Shown: positions 28,082 to 37,474, counted from the stretch's first letter. The stretch is DNA of 64,000 nucleotides from Candidatus Latescibacterota bacterium (GCA_965208835.1 OZ242358.1:4608001-4672000), one strand, 5' to 3'. A program made the numbers and translations. The notes: generated by a model from the letters alone, not told the origin.

Positions 28082-30369
28082 ATTTTCCTCCGGTCAATGG
28101 CAATCAGCAGCGTCGGCAGGAGCAGGAAATCGGCGACCAGCGCGAAGATGATCGTAATCGTGACAAGAAGGCCGAGCGCCCAACTCACCTCGAATCCCGA
28201 CGTGGCGAATACCAGAAAACCCGCCGACAGAACCGTAGTGGTTGTCCATAAGGCATGGCCCACCGTGCGGAAGGCATAGCGCACCGCCTCCGGTGCGGCA
28301 AGATTCTCGCGTCGGGCCTTGAGGTACTTGCTCAGAAAGTGAATCGTATCGTCGACGACGATTCCGAAAACCACGGCAATGACCACTGACGAGGCAATGC
28401 CCACGTGTCCAACGAGATACCCCCACAGGCCGAAGCTCATCATCGCGGGGATAAAATTCGGCAGCAGACTAAGGAGTCCGATCCGTACGCTCTTGAATAT
28501 CCAGATCAGAATAAACGAAATGAGCGCCATGGCCAGAATCGTTCCGCGCAGCATACTGTTGATATTCCGCAGCGACAGGTGGGCGAAGACAATGCTCAAC
28601 CCCGATGCCTCCTGCGCGAAACCGGGCGCGTTTGCGCGTAGCCAGACCTGTGCGCGTTCATCGAGTTCGCGCAGGTCGCGCGACCAGGCGTTTCGGGTGG
28701 TGACGACCATGCGGGTCGCGGATTTGGCCACATCGATGCGATCGTTTAGATCGTTTCCGAAGGGCAGCGACAGTTCGAAGAGCAGCAGGTACTGCGCGGC
28801 GAGCTCCGGGTCTTCAGGCAGACGATGAAACGACGGATCGTCGCCGTGCATGTTCCTGTTCAGCCGTTTCATGATGTCCGAAAACACCTGGACGTGAGTC
28901 ACCTCGGGTTGCTGCCTGTACCACCCCGCGAAAGCATCGATCCGCCGGAGGTAATCCGGGTCGGTGATGCCTCCTTCCCTCCCCGCGTCCAGTGAATATT
29001 CCAGCTTGTCCAGTCCGGTCAGATTCTCGATGATATAGTCCGTGTCACGCCGGAACTCGTAGCGGTCGTCGAAATACTGAGCCATGTTGTCGCTGAGTTC
29101 AATGCGGGAAACGCCCAGGATCAGGCCGGCGACCACGAGTACGAGTACGACCAGAAGGATTCTGCTCCTGGAAATGACGAAGTCGGCGAAACGGTCGAGG
29201 AAATGGGCATCTCGAGGACCCCGTACAGACACCCGCAGCGGCAGGATGGACAACAGCGCGGGCAGGAGGGTGACTGAAAACACGAATGCACACAGGACAC
29301 CGAACGCAACGTAGTTGCCCAATACATGGAAGGGTGGTGAATCCGAGGCATTCAGGCTGAGGAACCCGACCGCGGTCGTTACGGAGGTTATGAACACCGG
29401 ATGGACATTGATACGGAATGACTCGACAATTGCCGCATTCCTCTCCAGGCCGCGCCTCATGCCAAGCAAGACACTCGTGACGATATGTATGGCGTCAGCC
29501 ATGGCGATCACCATGACAATGATCGGTACCCCCGCGTTCGTTGGGCTGAACACAACGCGGCTCCAGCCGGCGAACCCCACGGTGGTATTGACGACAAACA
29601 CGATGACGGCGATGATGGCCAACGTGCCGGGGACCGATCGCAGAAGCACGATCGTGGCGCCTATGATGATGACGAACACGATCGGCGTCAGCGTCTGCAG
29701 GTCGTCCTGGGTGGCGTCGGAAAAGGTGCGGTTCATCACAACGTCGCCCGTAAGATGGTAGGCGATGTCCGGATGCCGTGTCCGGGCGTCGCTCAGGATC
29801 GAACGGAGATAGTCTGTTATTTCTACCACGGCCTGGTCCGGATTCTCCGGCAGGACGAAATTGACGGCCACGCCGGCCGTTCGCCCGTCGCGGGAAACCA
29901 GGCGCCCGGCGATTTCGGCGGCCTCCAGCGCGATCCGTTCAACACGCGCCACCCCGGCGTCATCCAGTGCCTGCGCGTCTTCGACGAGCGGCGCGACAAT
30001 CAGGTCATCTCCGGATGCCTCGCTGTGCGTATAGTTGGTGAGGGAGTTGACGCGGCTGGAATAGGGCGTTCGCCACGCGGCCTCGGTCATCTCTTCAATC
30101 GCGCCGAGCGCTTCCCTGGTGAACGCCGAGCCGTGTTTGGGCGTAATGGCAATCAATGCCGCGTTGGAAGTCGAATAGGTGTTCTCGAGCGCGTCGAAAG
30201 CGAGAAGCTGAGGGTTGTCTTTGCTGAACAAAACGCGATAGTCGTTAGTTACCGTGATAAAACGGACACCGGCTGTCATGGCCGCCATCAGCAGCGTCGC
30301 CGCCGCGATCACGATCCACCGATAGCGCAGAATGGCGTCTATGAATCGATCCTGGCGCATAAGCGTCAT
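28078..30369 (-). CDS. MMPL/RND family transporter
   Basis: Two repeated TM bundles, IAMADAIH, TSVTTAVGF, GIVVDDTIHF; likely start is ATG 30369 because the longer ORF extends into a MITE. Confidence 0.9.
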   Translation of the reverse strand: MTLMRQDRFIDAILRYRWIVIAAATLLMAAMTAGVRFITVTNDYRVLFSKDNPQLLAFDALENTYSTSNAALIAITPKHGSAFTREALGAIEEMTEAAWRTPYSSRVNSLTNYTHSEASGDDLIVAPLVEDAQALDDAGVARVERIALEAAEIAGRLVSRDGRTAGVAVNFVLPENPDQAVVEITDYLRSILSDARTRHPDIAYHLTGDVVMNRTFSDATQDDLQTLTPIVFVIIIGATIVLLRSVPGTLAIIAVIVFVVNTTVGFAGWSRVVFSPTNAGVPIIVMVIAMADAIHIVTSVLLGMRRGLERNAAIVESFRINVHPVFITSVTTAVGFLSLNASDSPPFHVLGNYVAFGVLCAFVFSVTLLPALLSILPLRVSVRGPRDAHFLDRFADFVISRSRILLVVLVLVVAGLILGVSRIELSDNMAQYFDDRYEFRRDTDYIIENLTGLDKLEYSLDAGREGGITDPDYLRRIDAFAGWYRQQPEVTHVQVFSDIMKRLNRNMHGDDPSFHRLPEDPELAAQYLLLFELSLPFGNDLNDRIDVAKSATRMVVTTRNAWSRDLRELDERAQVWLRANAPGFAQEASGLSIVFAHLSLRNINSMLRGTILAMALISFILIWIFKSVRIGLLSLLPNFIPAMMSFGLWGYLVGHVGIASSVVIAVVFGIVVDDTIHFLSKYLKARRENLAAPEAVRYAFRTVGHALWTTTTVLSAGFLVFATSGFEVSWALGLLVTITIIFALVADFLLLPTLLIAIDRRKI

Positions 30370-30418
30370 CGCCGCCCCCATCCCCGTCCGGGAGCGGCGA
30401 TGACCTGGCCGTCGCTTA

Positions 30419-30580
30419 GAAGCTGTTTTAAAATTGCCGGTGAGTTCCCGAGCGCGGGCGAAAAAGTGGCGGTCAAGGCGGGAAAACCCACCCATATTTG
30501 TCTATACGGGTGGGTTTGACCAACGCCGACCGGCGCTTTTGTAGCCGTGCGAAGACCGCTGGGAATTTTAAGACAGCTTC
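30419..30580. mobile_element. MITE-like element A1 (162 bp)
   Basis: Terminal inverted repeats gaagctgttttaaaatt / aattttaagacagcttc; internal hairpin aaacccaccc...gggtgggttt; near-identical inverted copy at 32110. Confidence 0.75.
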
Positions 30581-30694
30581 GTATGGACGACAGCGTCAAC
30601 ACCGGCGAATTCGGGAATACTCGTGCCATCTATTCGATAAATCTCCCGCTGTCCATTGCCCGGACGGGTACGTCATCCGCCGTGCGGGAATCGA

Positions 30695-31972
30695 TTAGTA
30701 AGGGCTCGACTTCGACGAGTGAACGTGATCGGGCATCCTGTAGCTCATTCCGCCCAGCCCAACCTCGTCGTACACCGAGATCTCGAGCATCTGGGTGAAG
30801 TTTTCCGACCTGATCGACTGTTTGCTCTTCAGCAGCTGCTGCAAGCGTTGCTTCAGCCGATATAACAGGAGTACCCCGAACGTATTGGTTTTGGGAAATC
30901 GCAACTGGTCCGCCAGCCGGTTACCGATCAGGGACCTCGAAAGGCGGTAGGCCAGCGCTTTCACGTCCCGTTGTTCATCCGGGTCCTCGATACCCGCAGT
31001 CAGCGGGATGGCCTCGACCAAAGCGTTAGCCATCGTGGCTGAGTCATGGTCCGGCTCCGGCTCGCACATCAGGGCGATCTTGAATATCTCCCGGGCGTGC
31101 GCTTCATCGGTGAACAGGATGGACTCGGGCACGCCCATCACGTGACCCGCGTACCGCCAGATGCGGATAATGCTGTCTTTTTCTTCCTGGTTGAGCGTCG
31201 CCCCGACGGCCACCGAGTGCTGCATCAGTCGCATGGAGAAGACGGTGATGGCGAATCCCAGATGCGCCGCACTTAACGGGATACCCCAGGCTTCGGTATT
31301 CCACTCGCCGGAATTCGCCAGCAGGTGCCTGACTTTTGCATGGACGAACCGAAGGCGCATGGACAGCTTCCATCCGTCGCCGTCTCTTCGCAAGCCTCCC
31401 GGGAAGAACAATTCCAGAAGATGGCGGTTATTCTGCATGAGGCGCCTTCTTGCCGTCGAACGGTTCAAAACGCGTCCGGTGGTGGCGAAGGACTTGGCGA
31501 TCATTGTCGCGAACCCCTCGATCAGCACGCCCGTTACAAATGCGACCAGGATGTTTGTCGTGTTCGAATGGAACGCGCGCATGCCCGGCCTGAAGGACTC
31601 GTACTCGAACCATGGCGGATCTTCCAGGTTGTCGAAAAAATCGCGCAGCGCCGATGGAGCGCTACGCATGACGTCTTCCTCCTCGTCGATGCCGGCTTTG
31701 ATGAACCTGTGCAGGTCCTGGGACGGAAGATCGGCCAATTCCTCCATGACCGGATCGAGCGGCGGGTCGCCGACGGTCGTATGTCTGATATAGTTGTCGG
31801 CAAGCGCGCGGTCGTACCGCCGGCCTGTCGGATAGCCGTCAATATATGCGGAAGGTACCGTTATGATGCCGCTGTCTCCTTGCAGTTTCTTCAAGAGATT
31901 TCCGAACACGGCCGCGAGATTTCCGTTTGCCGCTTTCAAGTTGCAGACCGCGTTCTTCAATCGGACAATCAC
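30695..31972 (-). CDS. MpaB/DUF2236 (Lcp-like) heme oxygenase family protein
   Basis: GDP.LD, RLRFVHAKVRH (Lcp-type R..H..VR), WGIP, WRYAGHVMGVP; true start probably near 31867. Confidence 0.8.
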   Translation of the reverse strand: MIVRLKNAVCNLKAANGNLAAVFGNLLKKLQGDSGIITVPSAYIDGYPTGRRYDRALADNYIRHTTVGDPPLDPVMEELADLPSQDLHRFIKAGIDEEEDVMRSAPSALRDFFDNLEDPPWFEYESFRPGMRAFHSNTTNILVAFVTGVLIEGFATMIAKSFATTGRVLNRSTARRRLMQNNRHLLELFFPGGLRRDGDGWKLSMRLRFVHAKVRHLLANSGEWNTEAWGIPLSAAHLGFAITVFSMRLMQHSVAVGATLNQEEKDSIIRIWRYAGHVMGVPESILFTDEAHAREIFKIALMCEPEPDHDSATMANALVEAIPLTAGIEDPDEQRDVKALAYRLSRSLIGNRLADQLRFPKTNTFGVLLLYRLKQRLQQLLKSKQSIRSENFTQMLEISVYDEVGLGGMSYRMPDHVHSSKSSPY

Positions 31973-32109
31973 TTAATCTAATACTTTCGCACGCAAAAAT
32001 ATAGCGGCCATCTTCACGAAAGTCAATAGTCTTCACACGACAATCTCACACCGTCCGGGATGCGTTTCGACTGATCGTCCCCTGGTACCATGCACGGTCG
32101 GCGACTACA

Positions 32110-32295
32110 GAAGCTGTCTTAAAATTCCCAGCGGTCTTCGCGCGGCTGCAAAAGCGCCGGTCGGCGTTGGTCAAACCCACCCGGCGTACGAGATCGAGGC
32201 TGCGCTTGCTCGCCTCTCCTAGCCGGATTTGCCCGCCTTGACCGCCACTTTTTCGCTCGCGCTCGGGAACTCACCGGTAAATTTAATACAGCTTC
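32110..32295. mobile_element. MITE-like element A2 (186 bp), inverted relative to A1
   Basis: gaagctgtcttaaaattcccagcggtc... is the reverse complement of the A1 right part; ...aatttaatacagcttc ends the element; only the centre differs substantially. Confidence 0.75.
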
Positions 32296-32460
32296 TCAGA
32301 TTCTGCTTGGGCATGGTGGAGAAAAACACATATCATCCACGTGTCCGATCACGGGACTGCGTGACGCACGCGCACTCGCTCATCCAGGCGTCCTCCCACC
32401 CGGCGGTTGGATATCTATAACGTCGATGTCTCGGCCATCACGTCCCCATTGGATTGCAGC

Positions 32461-33549
32461 ATGACACGTGCCGATTCCATAACAGCCATCTCCCGGCGAA
32501 AGCGCCTTATCGTTGACGCGGTTTCTCGACGTTACGATCTCGGTTCGTTGCGCCGTACAGAACGGCTGACAGGCGGCGTGCTCAATGAAGTTTATCTGAC
32601 TGAAACGTCGCACGGAGAATTCGTTATACGGGTAAATCGCGTCCGAAGGTCCATCGCCGAAATTGAACGACTGTCGACCTTCCTGTCGCACCTGCGCAAT
32701 CGCGGCATACCCGCGGACGAACTGGTTCCGGCGGACGACGGACGGGTCGCCGCGGAGATGGATGGCGAGCTGCTTTCCGTTCACCGAGTCATCCCTGGGA
32801 CGGTACACGCCTCTCCGGCAGAGCTGAGCGAATCTCAGACCGCGAAATTGATGCGATTTCTCGCGTACTTCCATTCCGCGGCCGGGGAGTATCGAACCGA
32901 CGGTGGACTCTCCGCCCGGGATGAAATGCTCCCTGTCATGTACACCGACGATCCGGACCGTCTCCGGGGGCGGTTGAAGCGCCTCCCGAAAATGGCGAAG
33001 GTGGAAGCATCGGCCGTTAACCGTGCAATCGACCGGCTGGCCTCGTTCTTTGCTTCAGGTGCATACAGGGAACTCAAACGGACCTGGGTCCACGGTGACT
33101 ATAGATTATGCAACGTGGCATTCGATGCAGACAGAGTGAGCGGACTGTTCGATTGGGACCTGCTATGCGAAGGCCCGCGGCTGTTCGACGTCGTGGTTGC
33201 GTCCGCGGACCTGGCCAGGACGAACGCCGGTCCCCTGTCCAGCAATCCCGAAATGTGGCAGGAGGACTTCCGGCGTCATCTCGCAGCCTACCGGAAGGAA
33301 GCGCGGCGACGCGGGGCCGACATGACCGAGTCCGAGGTCAGGTCGATTCCATACATGCTGCTGGCCGACGCCGTGCTCAGCGGCGTATTTTTCGCGTTGC
33401 ACTTGAGACAGTTGCCGCTGAAGCCGGGTGAATCCGCGTCCCAGCGTCTACGACTTTCGGACAGGCTCCTCGCGGAGTCCGTAACCGACCTCGCTGCGAT
33501 CGACAGTCAAATCGCCAATGGGGATGCGACCATGTCCCGCGACACATAA
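32461..33549 (+). CDS. APH/type II homoserine-kinase-like phosphotransferase
   Basis: GGVLNEVY, VHGDYRLCN catalytic loop, LFDWD, FDV. Confidence 0.8.
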   Translation: MTRADSITAISRRKRLIVDAVSRRYDLGSLRRTERLTGGVLNEVYLTETSHGEFVIRVNRVRRSIAEIERLSTFLSHLRNRGIPADELVPADDGRVAAEMDGELLSVHRVIPGTVHASPAELSESQTAKLMRFLAYFHSAAGEYRTDGGLSARDEMLPVMYTDDPDRLRGRLKRLPKMAKVEASAVNRAIDRLASFFASGAYRELKRTWVHGDYRLCNVAFDADRVSGLFDWDLLCEGPRLFDVVVASADLARTNAGPLSSNPEMWQEDFRRHLAAYRKEARRRGADMTESEVRSIPYMLLADAVLSGVFFALHLRQLPLKPGESASQRLRLSDRLLAESVTDLAAIDSQIANGDATMSRDT

Positions 33550-33608
33550 AATCGCCGACCCCTTGCGCGGCGTGAGCTTCAACTCTTGACCTATCATTTT
33601 ACGATATT

Positions 33609-33643
33609 TAGGCTATTTCAAAGTCTGATATTGACATAGACTG
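33609..33643. repeat. 35-bp imperfect palindrome, left copy
   Basis: taggctatttcaaagtc-t-gatattgacatagactg; 33608..33626 is identical to 34877..34895. Confidence 0.75.
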
Positions 33644-33659
33644 TATATTTCGTTATTTT
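33631..33659 (+). promoter_or_regulatory. sigma70-type promoter for the AAA/DUF4143 gene, probably leaderless
   Basis: TTGACA (33631-36), 17 bp, TATTTT (33654-59); ATG begins at 33666, with no SD sequence. Confidence 0.6.
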
Positions 33660-33665
33660 CACGGT

Positions 33666-34880
33666 ATGATTATACGTGAACTGATGCCCAGACTGAAGAA
33701 GGCCGCGGGAGCTTTCCCCGCCATTACGCTTACCGGTCCCCGGCAAAGCGGCAAGACGACGCTTTGTAAGGCCGTATTTCCCGAGCACAGGTATACAACA
33801 CTCGAGTCTCCGGACGTTCGCGCTTTTGCGGTAGAAGATCCACGTGGCTTTCTGGCTCAGTTTCCGGCCGGCGCCGTCATCGACGAGGTACAGCGAGCCC
33901 CGGACCTGCTTTCCTACTTGCAGGGCATCATCGACGATGACCCGGCACCCGGACGCTGGATCCTGACAGGATCGCAGAACCTCGCCCTGCTCGATTCGGT
34001 CAGCCAGTCGCTGGCAGGAAGGACCGCAGTATACTACCTGTTGACGCTTACCCGGGGGGAAGTGGAACGGTTCCGCATGTTTCCCGAGAGTCTGGAAGCG
34101 TCCCTCTTTGCAGGATCATATCCCCGCATATTCAACGATGGTCTGGACCCATCCGACTGGATTCGTTCCTATGTCGCCACCTATATCGAACGCGACGTGC
34201 GGACGATCAGCAACGTGGGAGACCTTGGCACATTCCAGCGATTTGTGGAATTGTGCGCCGGCCGCACAGCTCAATTGCTCAACATCTCCTCGCTGGCCGA
34301 CGACTGCGGAATTTCCCAGCCAGGCGCAAGAGCCTGGCTCAGCATCCTGGAGACCAGTTTCATCACCTTCAGGCTACCTGCATTTCACGCCAACCTTCGC
34401 AAACGTCTCGTCAAGATGCCCAAACTGCACTTCTACGACACCGGGCTCGTCTGCTGGCTGCTTGGTATCCGCACACCTGAACAGCTACGCAATCATCCGC
34501 TTCGCGGCCCGATTTTCGAGACCTGGGTCGTTTCTGAAATTGCAAAACACCGAACCAACCGCGGAGAAATGGGCGGCCTGTCGTTTTACCGGGACCGAAA
34601 CGGAGCTGAGGCCGACCTCGTCATCGAGCACCCATCCCATATCGCGCTTGTCGAGGCCAAGTCCGCCAATACAGCGTCGTCGAGCCTGTTTAACAGCATC
34701 GGTCGCGTGCAGAAACATCTCACACGGTTACCCTTGCCTGCTTCCGTCTTCGTCGTATACGGCGGTAACGAACGCCAGCGCCGGACGCAAGGCAGCCTGA
34801 TTCCGTGGCGAGACCTCCACGAAACGGCGTTTCAGATCAACCGATCGGAAGACGAATCTGCGAATACACGGACATATTAG
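33666..34880 (+). CDS. AAA_14 ATPase with DUF4143 (putative wHTH plus PD-(D/E)XK-like C-terminus)
   Basis: GPRQSGKTT Walker A, IDEVQ Walker B, LTGSQ, TYIERDVR, KLHFYDTG, FETWV, YRDRNGAEADL..VEAK. Confidence 0.92.
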   Translation: MIIRELMPRLKKAAGAFPAITLTGPRQSGKTTLCKAVFPEHRYTTLESPDVRAFAVEDPRGFLAQFPAGAVIDEVQRAPDLLSYLQGIIDDDPAPGRWILTGSQNLALLDSVSQSLAGRTAVYYLLTLTRGEVERFRMFPESLEASLFAGSYPRIFNDGLDPSDWIRSYVATYIERDVRTISNVGDLGTFQRFVELCAGRTAQLLNISSLADDCGISQPGARAWLSILETSFITFRLPAFHANLRKRLVKMPKLHFYDTGLVCWLLGIRTPEQLRNHPLRGPIFETWVVSEIAKHRTNRGEMGGLSFYRDRNGAEADLVIEHPSHIALVEAKSANTASSSLFNSIGRVQKHLTRLPLPASVFVVYGGNERQRRTQGSLIPWRDLHETAFQINRSEDESANTRTY

Positions 34881-34912
34881 GCTATTTCAAAGTCTAGTTT
34901 TAAATTAGCCTA
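34878..34912. repeat. 35-bp imperfect palindrome, right copy (contains the TAG stop)
   Basis: taggctatttcaaagtc-t-agttttaaattagccta. Confidence 0.75.
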
Positions 34913-35000
34913 CTAATGTGCGTGCCGACACCGTACGGAAGCGCGCCTCGGTCCCTGGCGCGTACACCTATTGATCGGATTGAGTATCGGAAAAGCGGAT

Positions 35001-36269
35001 ATGGATCTGAACCGGGTGGTATTGGATCTGGATATCGCGCAGAGTCGAAGGGTCCTTGAGTCGTCGTGGGAGGCCTCCCGGAGCTCGATGCCGGACGGGG
35101 GTGTCCCGTTTCTGTCAACGGACTTCGTGAGCGAGGCCTGCCGGGGAATTTTTCTCCCGGAAGACATCGTGAAGGCTGCCGTCGCCGCGGCGGATCTTGT
35201 GGCGCGAGTCCCCGCGTTGTGCGCGCTGGCGTGGCATTGCCACTGGTGTCTCTACCATGTGAAAGGATATTCCAGCCGCCTGGCGGACGACTGGCCCTGT
35301 ATGAAGGGACCACTGGGAGAACGGGCAGGTCTCTTCTACCTGCTGGTGCTGCTGTCGCGGTTTCACGAAATGCGATCGGTACATCGGGCGCACGGGATTC
35401 CCGAACGGGTTGTACGGGACAGTATGGAACAGATTTATCTGAGGGGCGAAACCTGCAGTGAAATCTTCGGCCGGTGGGGCCTGGACGGACATGGTGCCCG
35501 CTGGCTGGCCAATTTCCTCCGCGGAGACATCTACGCACTGGGCCGTCTTGAACACCAGTTCAATGTGATGAACGACCCGTTTCGCGTCTATCGGCACAGG
35601 GAAGCGTCCACGGTCATCGCGCTGAGCGAAGAAGGCGTCGCCTATCGACGCGACGGCCAGCGGCACAGAGGCGGAGATGCCCCGGCCGCGTGGACCTCCC
35701 GGCTCCGCATCACGGGAGACAGGATTGCCGGCCACCCCCTCCTTCCGACCGGTCGAGCATCCGAAGAAATGGTGACGCTCGCCGCGGCCGACTGGGTTCC
35801 TGTACTCGAACCGGGGGACCCCGTCCTGTATTTTCATATTCCCGGAGGAATACCGCTGGACCACGGCGCCTGCGGGGACTCTTTCAGGGCGGCGATGGAT
35901 TTCTTCCCTCGACATTTTCCCGAACGCCCGTACAAGGCGTTCTTCTGTGGTTCGTGGTTGCTGGATACGCAGTTGGAAGACTGGCTGCCGTCCGAATCGA
36001 ATCTGGTGCGTTTCATGCGGGAATTCTACCTGGTACCCGGCGGCATCTCGGAACGGTCGATTCTGCAGACGGTGTTCGGGAATGCGGCGGATGACCTGAG
36101 AAACGCGCCCGGCGACACGTCGCTGCAGCGGGCAATAAGGGACCATGTCTCCGCCGGCGGCCCGATCGACCCCCGCGCCGGCAAATGCTTTTTGTTCCCT
36201 GACGATCTGGATTGGGGCCGACAGGTATACCGAACATCGAAGTTTCCCTGGCATCTGGTCGGTTGTTGA
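35001..36269 (+). CDS. GNAT-like acyltransferase domain protein (NAT_N/GNAT_C type)
   Basis: HRAHGIP..V..DS, YALGRLE, FHIPGG.PLD, FFPRHFPE, CGSWLLD..L..LP.ESNL.RF, TSLQRAI. Confidence 0.7.
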   Translation: MDLNRVVLDLDIAQSRRVLESSWEASRSSMPDGGVPFLSTDFVSEACRGIFLPEDIVKAAVAAADLVARVPALCALAWHCHWCLYHVKGYSSRLADDWPCMKGPLGERAGLFYLLVLLSRFHEMRSVHRAHGIPERVVRDSMEQIYLRGETCSEIFGRWGLDGHGARWLANFLRGDIYALGRLEHQFNVMNDPFRVYRHREASTVIALSEEGVAYRRDGQRHRGGDAPAAWTSRLRITGDRIAGHPLLPTGRASEEMVTLAAADWVPVLEPGDPVLYFHIPGGIPLDHGACGDSFRAAMDFFPRHFPERPYKAFFCGSWLLDTQLEDWLPSESNLVRFMREFYLVPGGISERSILQTVFGNAADDLRNAPGDTSLQRAIRDHVSAGGPIDPRAGKCFLFPDDLDWGRQVYRTSKFPWHLVGC

Positions 36270-36343
36270 GCGGAAAGACGCGGCGTTACCGCGCTGCGAC
36301 GCGGTCGACCGCTGGTTGAGAGCGGAAACACAAGGAGGGCAAT

Positions 36344-37474
36344 ATGGAGCGTTTCGGACAGCTCGAGCTGGACTACCTGGCGAAAGTGATCGCCAGCGGC
36401 ACGCTGAATAGCAAGACAGGGAAATTCACGACACGACTGGAGGAGCGATTCGCAGAGTGGGTGGGGGCGGAATACGCTGTGGCGATGAACAGTGCGATGA
36501 GCGTGCTGCACACGGCTGTGGCCGCGGCCGGTGTTGGACCTGGCGTGGAAGTCGCTTGCGATCCCGTGGTCCACTTCGGCGGCGCGGCGGTGATGTATCA
36601 CAACGGGGTGCCTGTATTCTGCGACATCGATGAGGACAGCTGGAATATGGACCCCGATTCGCTTGAGGCGTGCATCACGGAACACACGGGCGCCGTCATC
36701 TGCACGCCGATGTGGGGAAACCCCCCGGATTACGACGGGATTCTCCGGGTGGCAGACAGATACGGGCTTCCCGTGATCGAAGACGTGGCGCACGGTGTCG
36801 GGGGATCTTACAGAGGCAGGCCCCTGGGAACGCTGGGGTCGATCGGTTCATACAGTTTTCAGGAGGCCAAACATCTCACCAGCGGAGACGGCGGCATGGC
36901 GGTGACCAACCGGGCCGACATGGTCGAGAAAATGCTGGAAATGAGAATCATCAAGACGACCCTTGGCTGGAATTACCGCATGACCGAACTGCAGGCCGGG
37001 GTGATGCTGGCGCAGATGGACAGGGCCGACGGGATTATCTCCGCGCACCACAAGGCGGGTGCGCTCTACCGCGAAGCCGCCAGGGAGACGCCGTGGCTGG
37101 TGCCGCAGCGCGTGGCGGATGGGTGCGTCAACGCGTATCACGCGGTCGCGTTCCGATTCGAAGGCGATCGCGAGGGCATTTCGGTGGAGCGTTTTCAAAA
37201 AACCATGGTCGCACACGGATGTCCGGTTTCGATCGGGTACAAGCGACGTTCCGCCGCCGAAGATCCTATATTCACGGAGGTCCTGGCGTACGGCAAGGGG
37301 TGCCCCATCCGGTGCCCCCATTACAAGGGCCGCGCGCGCTACGGAAAGGGCGTGACGCCGGTGGCCGATCGCGCGGTGCCGCGGATGGTCGTGATGCCGA
37401 TGGACGTGTATACACCCGGGAAGACTGAGGAATATTCGGAGATGATCCGCGCGGGACTGAAGGCGCTCGCGTAG
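36344..37474 (+). CDS. DegT/DnrJ/EryC1/StrS family PLP aminotransferase
   Basis: IEDVAH, SFQEAKHLTSGDGG (PLP Lys), GWNYRMTELQA; RBS aaggagg. Confidence 0.92.
   Translation: MERFGQLELDYLAKVIASGTLNSKTGKFTTRLEERFAEWVGAEYAVAMNSAMSVLHTAVAAAGVGPGVEVACDPVVHFGGAAVMYHNGVPVFCDIDEDSWNMDPDSLEACITEHTGAVICTPMWGNPPDYDGILRVADRYGLPVIEDVAHGVGGSYRGRPLGTLGSIGSYSFQEAKHLTSGDGGMAVTNRADMVEKMLEMRIIKTTLGWNYRMTELQAGVMLAQMDRADGIISAHHKAGALYREAARETPWLVPQRVADGCVNAYHAVAFRFEGDREGISVERFQKTMVAHGCPVSIGYKRRSAAEDPIFTEVLAYGKGCPIRCPHYKGRARYGKGVTPVADRAVPRMVVMPMDVYTPGKTEEYSEMIRAGLKALA

Noticed and set aside
30370-30495. N-terminal extension of the MMPL ORF given by the ORF track
   Set aside because: It runs into MITE A1 and is not protein-like. 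ATG 30369 gives a normal MMPL N-terminus.
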